The position numbers and the translations under genes were made by a program. From the NCBI GenBank assembly GCA_040954595.2, contig CM082598.2, positions 3,528,465-3,592,464 of the forward strand: a DNA stretch of 64,000 nucleotides. Direction: 5' to 3'. How positions within the stretch are numbered: position 1 is the first letter of the stretch; every line of letters begins with the position of its first letter. Below are positions 27,106-42,000 of this stretch, piece by piece. The DNA is from Balanoglossus misakiensis. Lineage: Eukaryota; Animalia; Hemichordata. The notes beneath the pieces are model-generated. The model was not told where the DNA came from and did not search any database. It saw nothing but the letters and a program-made list of their open reading frames with translations.

Positions 27106-30100
27106 ATGGCGGCGAGAAGAGATCTTGATCAACAACGACGGGATATTCCGTACGAATTTGCAGATCAGGGGCTTCGAATGAGAGGTAACAATATGTGATT
27201 CGATAATTGAGACGGATATCTATGAAAATGTAGCATTGCCAGTGAATTTGATGGTTGCTGTGCGCAACAGGCTACGTATTAGATCCCCATGTTGTCTGGC
27301 ACGCATGCACATGTGAGGAATTAGCTGGGCTGCCTTTCAGTCTTTGGACACGGCATACATCTCAACAATCGCTTGTGATTCCTTGAGGGATCTGTCCAAC
27401 TGACCGACAACCTCGCTATCGCTGCACCATGACCATACAATCATATTTGGGGGCGTGTCAGGCTATACCATTGAATGTTAAAGGGAGGGTGACTGTGTTT
27501 GATTTGGTGTGCAAAAGCCATAAGCTGGCACCGAACACATGCCGAAGAGATCTCTACCCTTGAATATTGTCCCCAAGTTGCAGTGTGGGAAGCCATACCG
27601 CGTGATCACTAATATGTAAACAGTTTTGAGTTGGGACAAACAGGCTTGGATGCTTGATCTCTTGACCCCTAGATCCAGAACCGCTATATCACTGATCAGG
27701 ATGCACTGAAGCTAAACATAACATTCAAAATCAAATAAATAGAAACAGCTCATGAGCAGGCACCAACGCTTCAAGTAATTATTTGTTTGGTTTGCAGAGT
27801 GTAGCTTTCTTTACCAACATCCATACTTAACCCTTTCACCACAGTGGTTTGTCCAAATCCATTGTTCGGTATGGTAATAACCTTGGACCTCTAAAGAAGG
27901 GCTGGGGTGGGGAAGGCAAGGGTCTGTGTTGAGGGACCATGGTTAATGTTAAACCTCTATGATTGAACAACCCAGAGAAGGTGTACAGTGTAAACATGTT
28001 TCAAATAAGACACAGTCATTTTAGACAAGTTTGGGCATATACAATATTACGTCAGAAGTCCATGAAAGTTGTTGATTAAAAATGACAATTTAGTTGGATT
28101 GACATGACTGTTTAATATCCTGAGCTCCTATTCATATTCGCTTACAGTATGAACAATATTCATTGGAATGTAGAACTTTTAGAAAATACACTTCACTTCC
28201 CAGTGTTGACAAGTGTTAATTAAACCTCAAACTTCAATAGAGACAATCATATACTGGTATCACTACCACAGTTGTAGATTTTTGAAGCAAATGTCAGTGT
28301 TTTGTCCGAAAGGATATTGACAAAAAGTGTTTTTAAAATGTAGATTTAATAAAGATTCATCTTGTTCATGTCTAACCTGAAAGACTAGTGATTTTGGTCT
28401 TAAATCACGAAATATTCATACAGGCTATTTGGATGGTATCAGGATGGACATCCCCTGGACATTTCCCATCCACGCACCAGCCTAATTGTAAGGGCAAGGG
28501 TTCACTTAAAACATGAAAGTGTCCAGGGGGTGACACTGTCAACATCAGTCGAACCAGGTCTGGCTGTGATTTTTACAAGAAAGCTAGATGGATGAGTGGA
28601 TTGAGACAAACATGCAGGCTGTCAGGGCTGGAGGTAAACCAGAATTATTGGACTTAGAAAGCCAAGAGCTAGTGAATGATGATTTTGTAATGCTTGGAGT
28701 ATAGCTGAAGCTACATGTAGTTAGTGTTTGAGTCATTAGGTATTGTAAAACACTTTACTTTCGCGAGTTGGAATCTTCGCGATATCGAGCGAGGCCACTG
28801 TTTCGCGAGTATTAATTTTCGCGTTCTCTTATTTCATTCACTGCATCGTTATCTTCAAAAAGAAATTACGCAACTTTTTATTTTCATGCGTTTTGGCTCT
28901 CGCGTATTTCGTGAAAATTTATTGCTTGCGAAAATAAAGTGTTTTACAGTATATAAGCCTGAGCCAGTGATGATATTTATGTTGTGTGATGTAACTTATG
29001 TGTACATAGTATGGCACAGATGATTGAACCCATGAATACTATACTGAGAAGCTGAGGGTAAGTGAGAATGTACAAGGAGTCTTCATGTTTTCCTGGTTAT
29101 GGTAGATATTTGTAACTGACAGACTTGTTTTGTAAGGTTTAGCAGGTTGTAGTATTAGGCAGAGAGTATAGACTAAGCTTTGTTCAAAAATATGGTTATT
29201 TTAAGTAAATGTTGTATTAAAGACTAAGTAGACAAAGTTTAAGAGGTGAATTTAATTCGCACAGATTACATTTAGGATAAGTCTATACATGTTTATGTTT
29301 TGAACAGATTTCCGAAGTTAGCATTCAAGTTTTTCCAGATGCAAAATGCATTTCCAGAAGGATTTATTTGTTTTCAGGGTTTATTGTAGTGTAGGGTTGA
29401 ATTGTACATTTTATGGGTAACAGTGTCAACAAGGTGTGTGCGAACATAGAGTAAAACTTGTAAAAGGATATCTTAAAGACATTTTGTCTGGGGTATGTGT
29501 GTGCTTGATAATATGAGGATTTATAGGAACTACAAGCTTTCTACTGATGCCATGCGTTTGTACATGAACATTTGTCTTTGTCAAAGCTATCAAACATTGA
29601 AAACTATGTTATAGCTGTCAATTCAGACTTGTTTCTTTAAGCTTATCAGAAACGTCTTATCACTCTTTGTCACGCCTCGAGCATCTATGTTATTTCACAG
29701 ATTAACTTACTTCTCTCTTTTACTATTCCAGATAATGAAAGTATTGGGTATAATGTAAATCAGTCTCAAAGTTCATCTTTTGTTGTTGGTGTTGCTAACG
29801 AAGGGACGGGCTATCAGACAATGAACGTTGGGACTGCAGGTGGCGATGGGGTTCAGGATGCGAGTTTGCAACGGGTGCTGCATCTGGTTCAGCAGCAGTA
29901 CAAAGCGCTGAATCAACAAAAGAGCCACGGGCGTTCTTCTGCTTCTTATTCGGCGGAGAGCGAGTGTCAAGCAGTTGGGAGCTTGGGCGCTTCCGAGCCG
30001 GCGACTTGGAGTCAGGGCGACATTCCGGGGCTGGGAGGACAGCCGGGTCGCGCAGAGAGCGGTGTGCGCCCTCCACGCGCCCAGCAAGCCCCCCGGCAGA

Positions 30101-33100
30101 GTTTAGAGGCGAGCGGAGAGAACTCGCAGTACGATCAGCAACAACCGCAGCGGGGCCGACAGCACGAACAGAGCGGTGTGCACCCTCGCGCCCAGCAAGC
30201 GCCCCGGCAGAGTTTAGAGGCGAGCGGAGAGACCTCGCGGTACGAACAGCAACAACCGCAGCGGGGCCGACCGCGCGAGCAGAGCGTCGTCGGGCATGGC
30301 GCGCCGCAAGAAGACACGGGGAAACAAGCGGTGCTGGACAGCGTCAACCAGATGGCGGCGCAGATGCAGTGGCCGCAGCTGGCGGGGCTCGCCGCCAACC
30401 CGTCGCAGGCCGACGTCATCCAGCAGCAGAAGTCGCTGATCGAGAAGCAGCTGGTCACGGGCAACGTGGACCCCACGACGATGATCCAGCTGGGCGAGAT
30501 GCACCAGAAGCTGTGTCAGCTGCAGCGGAGCCTGCAACAGGAGCAGGCACCCGGGGGCGCTGCGCAGACTAAAAGCAACAACAGGAACGTCAACCGAGAC
30601 CCAGGTGCAACGACAGGAAAGGGTCAGACGAAGACCCAGACGCAGCGACCTCAGTGGCAGCAGCAGTATCAACAAACCCAGAGCTACGACGAAGAGGAAG
30701 CAACTCGACAGAGAAACCGGCAACTGATTTACCAATTGCACGAACAGTACGACCAGACAGACGTTCAAAAACCACAGTGGCAGGGCAACGAACAGAGCGT
30801 GACTGAACAACAGACATTGCGATCTGGAGTGAAGAGATCTCAGTCACCGTACTACGCAAGTGAACAACGGGCTCTTGACGCGCAAGACGGGACTTTCATA
30901 GAGACAGTTGCCAAGCGGAGACGCCAAATGTCTCCACGTTACGACACCTCCCCTCAGCAAAAGTACACCGATTCGTGGCAGGGAGAACAGTACCCACACG
31001 ATCAGACAGAAAGATCCCAGTCTAGAGAGGATGAAGAGGGGGGTGATAAACACGGTTGGCCCGGTGACAGTGACACCAAAATTGAGGGTCAGCTGAAAGA
31101 AATGAGGGCCAGGACCTCGTCTCAGTCGCACGACACACGCGTGGTGCGCGTGGCAGACTACGACACTGAATCATGGGACTTGCCAGAGAGACATTCGGAT
31201 GCTGATCGCGAAAAATCACGAGAAAACGAAGACTGGGGTAGGAAGAGCGACGTTGACAGCGACGATGAACTTTCGCAGCTCGAGGCTGCCAGAAAAATGA
31301 AGGACAGGTTGGAAAAGAGACTTCGCAGTGGGAAGATAAGTGTAGATAACGAGAGAAAGTACCGAGATATGTATTTTGATTTGTCCGAGCAAATAAACTT
31401 GCTGGAAAAGGGGTCCTACGAGGATGACTATGATGAACAGGACGATCGGTCTCCCGATGAGTACTTCTATGAATACAAAGATGAAAGGAGTCGTAGAAGG
31501 CATCGCTCTTACTCAAAGGAAAGGAGAAGGGATTCGGACGATGATCACGGAAGCAGCAGGAGACATTATGATGATCGGGATTCGCGTGAAAGGGGACGCA
31601 GAAGGAGTTCTTCGCCGCGTCACCGTCGATCTCGCAGACGAGGTTCGCGCGAGAGGTCTCGGGAGAGGCGGTCGTCGCGCAGTAGCGAACGGAAGTCTGA
31701 GAGAAGAGAGAGACAGCGGCGGGAGAGGTCCTTGTCGCCGCAGTCGGACTGGAGAAGCGAGTCTAGTTATAGTCGGGATGCGAAAGCGAGGGACGATTCA
31801 CTCAGCGAGGGGGGTTACAGAAGCAAGGCGGACGGTTACAAGCACCGAAGCTCGACTTCTGGCGATATGATGAACCAGTATTTCATGAGCAGCAGCAGCA
31901 GTGCTGTCAGTAGCCACGTACCACCGCGCGCCCAGTATGGAATGGCACCGAGCCAGCCGATAGAGAGAGGCCAGCAACAAATGCAACCACTGCAGCAACA
32001 ACCACAGCATGTGAGTAACCAACCACCGCAGACGGTTGTCCCCCCGTGGCAGGGCTACCACCAGCCCAGTCAGCCTCAACCGGTTCAGCCAGTACAAGCT
32101 TCTTATCCTGGGCAGCCCGCGCCACCAGGAGTTCCGAGCCCGGCTCCCAGCTACGTCCCAACACCGCCAGCCCAACCACCGTACCAAGTCGGTTACCAGA
32201 CGACCATCTCGGTGAACTACCAGTACCAAGGTGGCGGACCGCCGGCCGGCTACCAATACCAGTATTCGTCTTTTAATCAGAGTACGCCGGTAAGTCCCCC
32301 GAGCCATGCCCAGTGGCGTCCTGCGGCCCCCAATCGGCCAGCGATCAGACCAGCCGGTCCACCGAGCGTCCAGTCACAGTTGCCTCCCAAGCCGTCGCCT
32401 CCTGACCGTGAAGCCTTGCAGAGGAAAGAAGCGGTATGGTTAATTTATCTTTTATTTTTCTCATCTTTGATGTCATCTGTGAAATTATCTGTAGCTCTGA
32501 TGCATTTGAGTCATTTTCAAATCAACAGAATTAGAATTCTTAATGTGTAATCCCATCCCATCTCATCTAGCATCTTACATATAAAATACTTTAATGTCCA
32601 AAAAGACGAGGCATTTTTCTGTTAATTTCAGTCCTCTTGGTAGTGTCATTTCTGTAAATGTATTTCAGAAGTATCGAGTAAGTCCTTTGGGCTGGGTGTG
32701 GCAATGGTTTGTACATGTAAGTCCTCATGTGACACTTAATACGTTTTATGTAAACATAGATCTGTTATTATATTAGCATTATTGCTATAATGTATAGGAA
32801 TTTATATGTACATGTACTCTACTTTTATTCAGACCAATATCTTCTGTACAAACTTAATAAAATATAGCGTACATGTAGGTCTGTTATTACCATTATTGTA
32901 ATATAATAATGTAAGGAATTAATTTCAGAAGTACTCTGTTTTAGTCAGACCAAGTTTACAAACTCAAAATATAGCTAAGATCTGTTATTGCCATTATTGC
33001 AATATTATGACTTATTTAGAAGAATTTTCAAAATTGTACTTTTTGAATTAGATCATGTCTACAACCTCAATAAAATATAGCATAGATCTGATATTACCAT

Positions 33101-35840
33101 TATTGCAATATTTGGTATTTTGACTTTCAGAAGTGACTTTATTTTAGATGATTTCTACAACCATGTCATTTCAAGTGAGATCAATTTTTGAAGATAGATT
33201 TGAAAGATTTTCAGAGACTTCTCAGTGGTTCTGTTCTTGAAATATTTGATGTGTGTTTTTTTGTGAGAAGTATAGATTTTTACAAGCAATCTTAGTACAT
33301 ACAGTAGGTTAAGTGTTCACATTTTATTGTAGAATTGGAGGGATCCACATTTAATATTTGGTCCAAAGAAAGGTATGTCCTACGGTACATCAGATAAGGA
33401 AAGTAAAGAAAAATGCAATCAGAACCAAAATGGCAATTATACAGAAACTTTAAAGAAATCACAATGTTTATTCAAGTGAGGCTGTGGCCATGAGATAGCA
33501 TTTTTTCTGACCAAATGTTTTTTGTAGATCACTTCCCCCCTTTCCCCACCATCTTGTATCAGTGATGTAATGTTAGGGATTCTTCTGAACAGACATTTCA
33601 TAAAGATTGCCTTGAACAACAAAAGGTCATTATATTCTTCTTATAATAAACTGTCAAACTTTGGTGTAGCTGCATGGATCGAACTCGATGACCGAAGTAA
33701 AGGGAATACACTGCGATGGTAAAAATACTGACCTCTTTAAAGGTACCTGTTCTCCAAGATACCGTTCCTCAGGGACCAAGACTATGCTGACCCTTGCAGT
33801 CTTCTGTGGGGCTGCGCTGTCATCGGTCAAGTTCAAGTGGACCAGCAGTTTTGCGCAACACATGTTTGTCTCAGGTGTCTGTGGTGGAGATCAGATGTGA
33901 CATTGTGTTGCCAGGAATTTAGAAAAGTTTGATTCCAGTCGGCAAAAAATAAAAAGTATAGCTGGTTACAAGTAGCTTGTCATATTTGTGTAAAAGTCTC
34001 AGATTTTTCATAGACCGAGTAATTTCGACAACTGGCATAATTTGTTCTTGTATCTGGTTATTTGTGCCAGCATCCAGCTATTTTCTGCATTCCATATTTT
34101 AATGTAAATGTCTGTGTATTGCAGAATCGTTTAAACTTGGTAGATGTGACTATGAGCACCCAGATTGCGCCCAAGATTACAACCAAACGACCACCGGCAC
34201 AATTTCAACCGAAATCCGGTGCCACGCCAGTTTTGATCGACGTCCAGAAATTGCAAGACGAGAAGGAGCATGCCCAGGCTGTTCATACAAGATCCGAGGT
34301 AAGTTAAAAGAAAAATGGGATGATCAAATTGCCATCTTCAGGTTATTTTGGACTCCCGTAACAATTTCAGAGACTTGGAATGCGTAACTTGGAAGTTGAC
34401 TTGTCCATTTTTTCACTTCTCTTACTGGCAAAGTTTTGCAATATAATCAAACCTGTCTCTAGTGGCCAGTCAAGGGGCTTTCCTAAACTTGCCTTTATAG
34501 ACAATTGGCCTTTTGGACAAGTCCATTAATGCACATTTAAATTGCACAGGGACTGTAACAAAGTGGCCACTATATAGAGGTGGCCACAAATACAGGTTTG
34601 AATGTAGATATTGTTATGAGATTTATTTTGTTCTGTTTTGTGCTTTTGGCCAAGATGGAGATGGCGATGTTTGTAATTTAACAAGATTTCTCCTTTTCTA
34701 CAGAACTTGACCCAGGCTAAAAACGAAGATGAAGAAGTAAGCAAGACTAGAAAGGAAAAAAGGAAGACTCTTTTATCTTCTAAAAGTAGCATCATGACAG
34801 ATGAAATGGTATGCTTGTGAATGTTAATTGCTAAATCATGTAGAAACAAATATATAGCTTTTAAGATGGCACCATCATGCTTTCCAGGTGTGTGTTCTTC
34901 TTAGGGTACGCCAAGATTTTTAGTTCTGGCCCCGAAGGTTTACTCAGGGTTTTGTGTTAGCTTTTGGTGCGGGAGGTGACAAGTTTTGATACAGTATACT
35001 CCGGTAGATGGCATAACTTCGCCCCGATCATCAGGCATTGTTGTGGACTGATAGATTTCATACTACAGCATCTGATCAGCAATCTGAACAGTCTGCCTGG
35101 TGAACTTTTCAACGACTGGAGATTTCAATCTTTTTGTATCTTTTATTATTCTAATCCTCAGATAATTCTCGCCCCGAATGTTGAAGAGAGACTGAAGAAA
35201 GTGTTCAGCTACAACCACCTATACAGCAAATTCTGCCTCGTGTGTTGTGAGAAAGTAACAGAAACAGTCAATGTGAGTTTTGTCACCGTTTTGAAATCTT
35301 TGCCTGTATTTTCTCAATGTAGTTTTCTAGTTCTAGACAGAATGCGGTGAAAAGATAATAAATTGAGTGGTTCCTTCAGGTCAAAAATATAAACAATCAC
35401 TTCACCAGGTGAAGTGACCACCTATGTTACTGTACGTTCTGTGTGTGTGCTATAGTCTTTCTTGTTTTACATGTACGTCCTACACAATGTGACTTGCTAA
35501 AAATCTCAGTGTTCTGCTTCTGTTTCCACAGCAACCGGTGCACGTTGAACTTGAGCGACACAAGGAAATGCAGAGTGTCTTCCAGCAATTTGCCGAGATG
35601 TGGGGCATCATTAAAGAGTTTGGCAAGAGAGAAAAAGAATCTCGAGCTGAGGTGTTAAAGAAATCAGTAAGTTGATACTTGGAAAGTGATCGTATGCTTT
35701 CATAAAACAAGGTCACAACTGTGCTTTTTAGTAGAAGATCAACCCAGATAAACAAATTTGCTGATTTCTACACCTGTCTGTTTGTCTCTCTGTCTCTGTC
35801 TGTCTCTCTCTCTCTCATCATTTCTCTCTCTCTCATCATT

Positions 35841-35915
<75 letters not shown>

Positions 35916-35916
35916 T

Positions 35917-35947
<31 letters not shown>

Positions 35948-35965
35948 TTCTCTCTCTCTCTCATC

Positions 35966-36037
<72 letters not shown>

Positions 36038-39000
36038 TGATGTTGAACTTCAAAATAACAGTGATTTCAATTCTTCATTCCTAACTGTTGAACACAATCA
36101 GATGTATCCTCCTGCGATTTCATTTCGTGTTCTTTACAATGTCATTTTTTTCTCACACAGAAAATCATTGAGAAGAAGCTAGTGAATTCCAAGCCTGGCA
36201 GCGAACAGTGTCAGATATGCTCAGCAGAGATTAAAGATAAACAGGTATGTACTCTTTGAACCCCTTCTTTCTAGGGTAGTTTGGTCCTACTCTATTATTG
36301 TCTATGGCAATGCTGGACCGCCCCAGAGGAAAATGGGGGTGGAAGGATAACCTAGATTGTGAAACCATTTTCAAATTGTATAGTATTTCCTTAGTGGCCT
36401 TACGCACATATTTTAAAAGATCGTCTGATCTATTTGTACAGAGAAGACACCACAGTTGGTGCAATAAAAGTATGTTTCTTGAATTTGGCAATCACTAGCA
36501 GGAGTCCTGCATCTGCAGTATATACTTTCATCACTGATGAAGCAAATTTGTGTTCGTCTTGTGACAGGACTATGAAAACCATGTCAGCACTCTGAGACAC
36601 CAGGTTCTCCAGCACATGTGTGAAATTGTGATGAAGGTCAAGAGAGCAGTGTTAAGAAAAGACATGGACGCCATTGAAAATCTTCTGCAGGTAAGTTTAT
36701 GTTCACCGCATAGTATGTGTGCCGAGCAGGTTTATGTGATTTGTACCATTCGATGTAGAGAAATTTGATGAAAAATACTTATCAGAGGATTGTGAGTTCG
36801 AGATTCAGACATGGCCACAGTCTCCTTATCGGAGGATGGGGAGTTTGGGGTCCAAATTGTCCGTGATGTTGTGCCTTGGAACCATACGCTTTGATTTACT
36901 TCATCAATACCTTATTCTGTGATTGGGCTGTGTTTGACCGTCTAGTTTATTTTTTTCTTCATTCACAGGAAGAGAAAGATAAAGTATCTGATAGTGAGAG
37001 TACACAGTGTAAGCTGTGTGGAGTGAAATTCAAGAGTGATGAGGTAAGTGAAATATTTCAGAAAATGGCTGGAACTGGCCTGGATCAGTTGCTGTTAACA
37101 TTGAAATACAGTACAGTACAGTACAGTACAGTACAGTACAGTACAGTACAGTACAATACAGTACAGTACAGTACAGTACCATTAAGCTACACATCACTAC
37201 TACACACTACAGTACACTTCATAACACTGCACTACACTATCCCTGCTTTGCAGTAGGACAGAAGTAATTCTTTAAAATCTATGGCCCTATGGAATGTCTA
37301 AGATCCTGTCTTTTTTTCAACAGGATTATGAAAAACACACTGTACTACCAACTCACCTTGCCAGAAAAGCCTGCATTGACATCATAATGGACGCCCTGCA
37401 GCATCTCATTAAATCAACGTTAGTCATTAATATTAAAAGGATACCGGCATCTCCTGCTGACCAGGCGAAAAAGAGCAAAGCAAAGGCCACAAATGCCGTT
37501 GAAAAACAAACGCCGTCTGCCAAGGACAGTACAGAAAGCAAGTCCCCGCAGCCCAAAGCTCAGGTGGCAAAGACAAGCAGTGGACAGGCGACGAAAGCCG
37601 GGACTAGTGCACAGAAACAGAAGGTTGATGTTCCTGAAGAATTTGTAAGTGTGGAATTTTGTGTTACTGATCCCTGCATTTTATCATTGTCCTTCGGAAT
37701 TTATATTAAGGACTCACAGAATAGCTGAAAATAAGAACTAAAGATAATTGCAAGATAATGTTTCTTGCTTTCTTTCGTGTCAAAATGCAGACCACAATGT
37801 CACTGGAGGAAAAGTTGGAGAAAATCTACGCCAGCAGTCAGGGTCAGAAGTTTTGTCTCATTTGCCAAGAGTTTTTGCCCAAAACTCTCAAAGTAAGTTT
37901 TGAATTTTTTTTTTCTGCCGGTATAAACTTCGAGTTAGATAATATGCACATCCACTGTGTCCCATAATTACTCCATGTACATATATGTACACATTAATGT
38001 AAAGTTGAACGTTATAAATTCAGTGTATTTAACCCTGAAAAAATGAATCCTATTTTTCAGCAAGCAACCCATGCCAAACACAATAAGCACAGATCCATTT
38101 GGGATTTCTTTCAAATGCTCATCAAGATGGGTGGTTTCATTGAAGACTTTTCCAAACCAGCGAAAAGGGCAGTACTGGAGACTGAAATGGTGGGTACTAT
38201 AAAAGGGAGAGTGGTCTCCCAAAGGTTTTCCATTCTTACAATATTGTATAATGTGATAACAATGTGAATTTTTATAATCTAAGGATGTTGACATATTTTC
38301 AGATAATAATAACTTGCAAAAATAACGTGTTTTGTGGTATTAACACCAGATTTGTTAGGATTTCAGACACATCCAAATCCATGCCTGAATCAATTTCATT
38401 TAACTTGTGACAAGGCTTGTGTTCTTGTAGTACGATATACATTTGCATGTCAGTGTGTTGAGCTACGTATCCATGTCGTGTTCTGTTTGGTTGGTTTTGG
38501 TTTAGTGTTTAAAGTTTTCTTTCAAGACAAAAAAAAATTATGTTGTTTATTTTCACAGGCACAAAAGTTTTCTTTCAAGACAAACAAAAAATTTATGTTG
38601 TTGTTTTTCACAGGCAAACATCCGTGACATGCTGGACAAAGGAGTGTCGTCCACTAAACTTTACTGCGGTATATGCAGAACAAGTTTAACTGACCAAGAG
38701 GTATGTGTATTTTGTCTTCTACTGATTTAATGCAGGAATGAAATGACCACTACATGGTTTAAGGATGTGTGTAGGTCTTCTTAAATAACTCTACGGTGGC
38801 AACTTTTTTGAGTGGACACCCAAGTGAAAATCAATGTTTCAATGAGCAGGAAAACATACTGTAAAACACTTTATTTTCGCGAGCAATAAATTTTCACGAA
38901 ATACGCGAGAGCCAAAATAGCATGAAAATGAAAAGTCGTGTAAATTTTTTTTGCAGATAACGATGCAGTGAATAAAATAAGAGTGGGCTCGGGAAAATTT

Positions 39001-42000
39001 TGACTCGCGAAAATAAAGTGTTTTACAGTATATACCCTATTGAAAGGAATTGAATGGCTAAACTAACGTCGAACGTTAGAAACTGTGCCCCTTTGAAATG
39101 AGACAAAACAATGAGTACTTTCATGTTGGGGAGAAGACTGCTTGTATGATTTATTTATTTCTCTGTCTCCTGTTTTTTGCGTTCGCAGAGACTGAAAATT
39201 CATGCGGCTGAAGTGAAGCACCGATTGCTGCAAGCCACGTACGAAGTTGTCTTGAAAGTCGACGCAGCTGTTGAGAAGAGAGATGCGAGTGTCATTGCAG
39301 ATTTAGTGAAGGTGTGTAGGCAGTGTGTGAAATGGGGAAGGGAGGGAGGAAGGAAGGAGAGAGAGAGAGAGGGGGGGGGGCGAGAGAGAGGCAGACAGAC
39401 AGAGAAAGAGGGGAGAGAGAGAAAGAAAGAAGAGACAGAGAGAGAGAAAGAAAGAGACAGACAGACAGAAAAAGAGAGACAGAGAGAAAGAAAGAGGGGG
39501 AGAGAGACAGACAGACAGAAAGAGGGAGAGACAGACAGAGAAAGAGGGGAGAGAGAGAGAGAGAAAGAAAGAGAGACATACAGACAGACAGAAAGAAAGG
39601 GAGAGAGAGGGGGGAGAGAGAGAAAGAGACAAATCTATTGTTAGCCAAGTGTTAGTTAATGTAAAAAGTCCTGATCTGTAATGTGTCTTTAATGTGGATG
39701 GCACAAACAGAAAGTGCATTATTCTTTTTTTTTTGTTCCTTCAATCCAGAGTTACGAGAAAGTCAGTAAGCTGTGCAAGGACCCGGTGAGGAGGAGTTTC
39801 ATAGCTCCGATTACCCGATCCCTCAAGCTTCTGCTCGACTCGGACATGGTGAAGTCCATGTCTTGCGAGGAAGGCCAGGAGGAGCCGGACCAAGAAATGG
39901 AAGATGTGGCGGGATCGGGAGATTCCGGGAGAGAAGAGGAAGACAGGGAAGCCGAGACAAGTGCGGACGGCAAATCGCGAGAGGATCTTGAAATGGAAAT
40001 CCAGCCAAGTGCAGATGGTGCTTCTCGGTCCAACACTGATGCAACACCTATGGATATTGATACATCTGAGAAGGCATCTGTACAAACATTAGCGGAAAAT
40101 TATGTAAGTTTCATTCATTTGGTATTGTGACGCTTTACGTACAGGGTACATAGACTTCATAATCAGAGGCCCATGTAAAAAGATTGCATATACAAAACAA
40201 AATCCCAAATTCTACAATGCAGTTACCTGAAAGTAAAGGAAACACTGTATTCATGTATGTTCTTTTCTTAGTATGTTTGACTTGCACATAGAGGAGTGCT
40301 TGCTATAGAAATTCCTGCAGATCTTCATTTTGACATAAAAACATCCTTTCTGTTATATAGCAATCCCAGTTTGAATCGGTGCGAGAGAAAATCAGGAAAG
40401 TCTTCACGTACCAACAGGGGGAGAGATATTGTCTCATCTGTTGTATCCAGACAGACAGTAAGATCACAGTAAGTAATCATGTGTCTTTCCCAAACCCTAT
40501 CCCACATTCCAAATAAAGTGCATTGTCTCAGTCCACAAAAACTGCCAGGGCATGTCCTTTGTATTCACAAAAGGAGGAGAAAGTCTTACTTTTATTATTA
40601 TAAACTTTGATGTGCTTCTCCACAGAAAGAGGAGCATTTGAAAACCAAGAACCACAAGAAGATGCTCAACTTGGTGGACAACATCTTGCAGATGAAGAAA
40701 ATTATGGAGGATTTATGCAAACCGGGCCAAAACGAGGAAGCATTGCTGGCCGCTGTAAGTTCAGTTTTCTGTATCTTTGTTAGATGTGTTATCATTGACA
40801 TATTGTCCACTTGGCGGATTGGCACTACAAAGTATGCCTAATATACACCACTTGTTCATTGTTCCACATTCTATTGAATTAGAAAAAGATTCGTACTTGT
40901 GTGAAGTCTCTCTCTCTCTCTCTGCCAAGTCAGTGAAAAGTAACTGATAATCAAGCTTCATTTATTGTTTTGCAGAAAAAAATGGAAGCAAGATTGGATG
41001 ATCCTCGGAAACACTACTGTGCTGTTTGTTCTGAAGAGTTGAAGAGACAGGTAATAATACTGTTGTATGTTATTTGTTCATTCAACCCTCAAATATTGTG
41101 AATTAATATCGAAAAAGAAGATTATATTTGAAAATTGACATGTTCTTATAAGTTATTTTTTCTTCGTCCCATTCTAGAATTACAACAGTCACATGAGTAG
41201 TGTCGAGCATAAGCAGATGAGAGGGATTACTGAAGTTGTTGCCATAGTGAGAAATGCTGTGGAGAATGATGACATGATGGAGATAGAAAGTCTATTACAG
41301 GTAACTGTGTTCTACTTTTTTATGCTGTTGTATGGTTTGATGAATGTAATAAAACTTCTGAATAATAAAACATACATAATGATATCGCCATTTCATCTGT
41401 TTCAGACGTACACAGAAAAACTGAACGTCAGAGAAGTTGGAAACAAGTCGTCGTTTTGCTCCTTGTGCGATTATGATTGTATCAACAATGATGTGAGTAA
41501 TATTGAACTCATTGGCTCTGGGCTAGTTAGATAGATTGACTGTCTGCTGTCTGTCCAAGTCTGACCATAGCATGTCTATCTGTTAACTCTATAGATTATT
41601 TGCCAGGAACTTTTTGTCATTTATACATAACTTGTACATGATTCCAAGGGAACCTAACTATCCACATACCTCATAATGTAAGTTTAACAAATTTCTTGAA
41701 ATGAGAGTGCCTCTTTAGCTCCTGGTACTTACAAATTTTTCATTGCAGGCATACGAAGAGCATATTACAAGTTATCACCATTTCATAGGGACATTGTGCA
41801 AAGATGCAATAATGCAAGGACTACATTATCATCGCCAATATAATCTTGCGAAGCGTCGCAGGACAGAACTTCCTGAATCAGAGGTAAGTAGGTCTCATTC
41901 ACAATGGTTTGTCAATTTTATCTTTTCCAAGAAGAGTGCATTCAGAGAATTACTGGAAAACACTCATGTACTTATGTAAGTGTTAGCTCCTATTTGCTAT

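Larger units (their letters stand above)
35162..37644 (+). other. gene C triple-zinc-finger module 1 (6 exons)
   Basis: Exons 35162-35272, 35532-35666, 36161-36244, 36568-36690, 36969-37043, 37324-37644; CLVC..HVELERH, CQIC..HVSTLRH, CKLC..HTVLPTH. Confidence 0.85.
37791..40103 (+). other. gene C module 2 (5 exons, third finger absent)
   Basis: Exons 37791-37892, 38061-38189, 38614-38700, 39189-39311, 39750-40103; CLIC..HAKHNKH, CGIC..HAAEVKH. Confidence 0.8.

Noticed and set aside
32750-33110. Degenerate ~105-bp AT-rich tandem repeats (TCTGTTATTACCATTATTG core)
   Set aside because: Old intronic minisatellite with no further structure.
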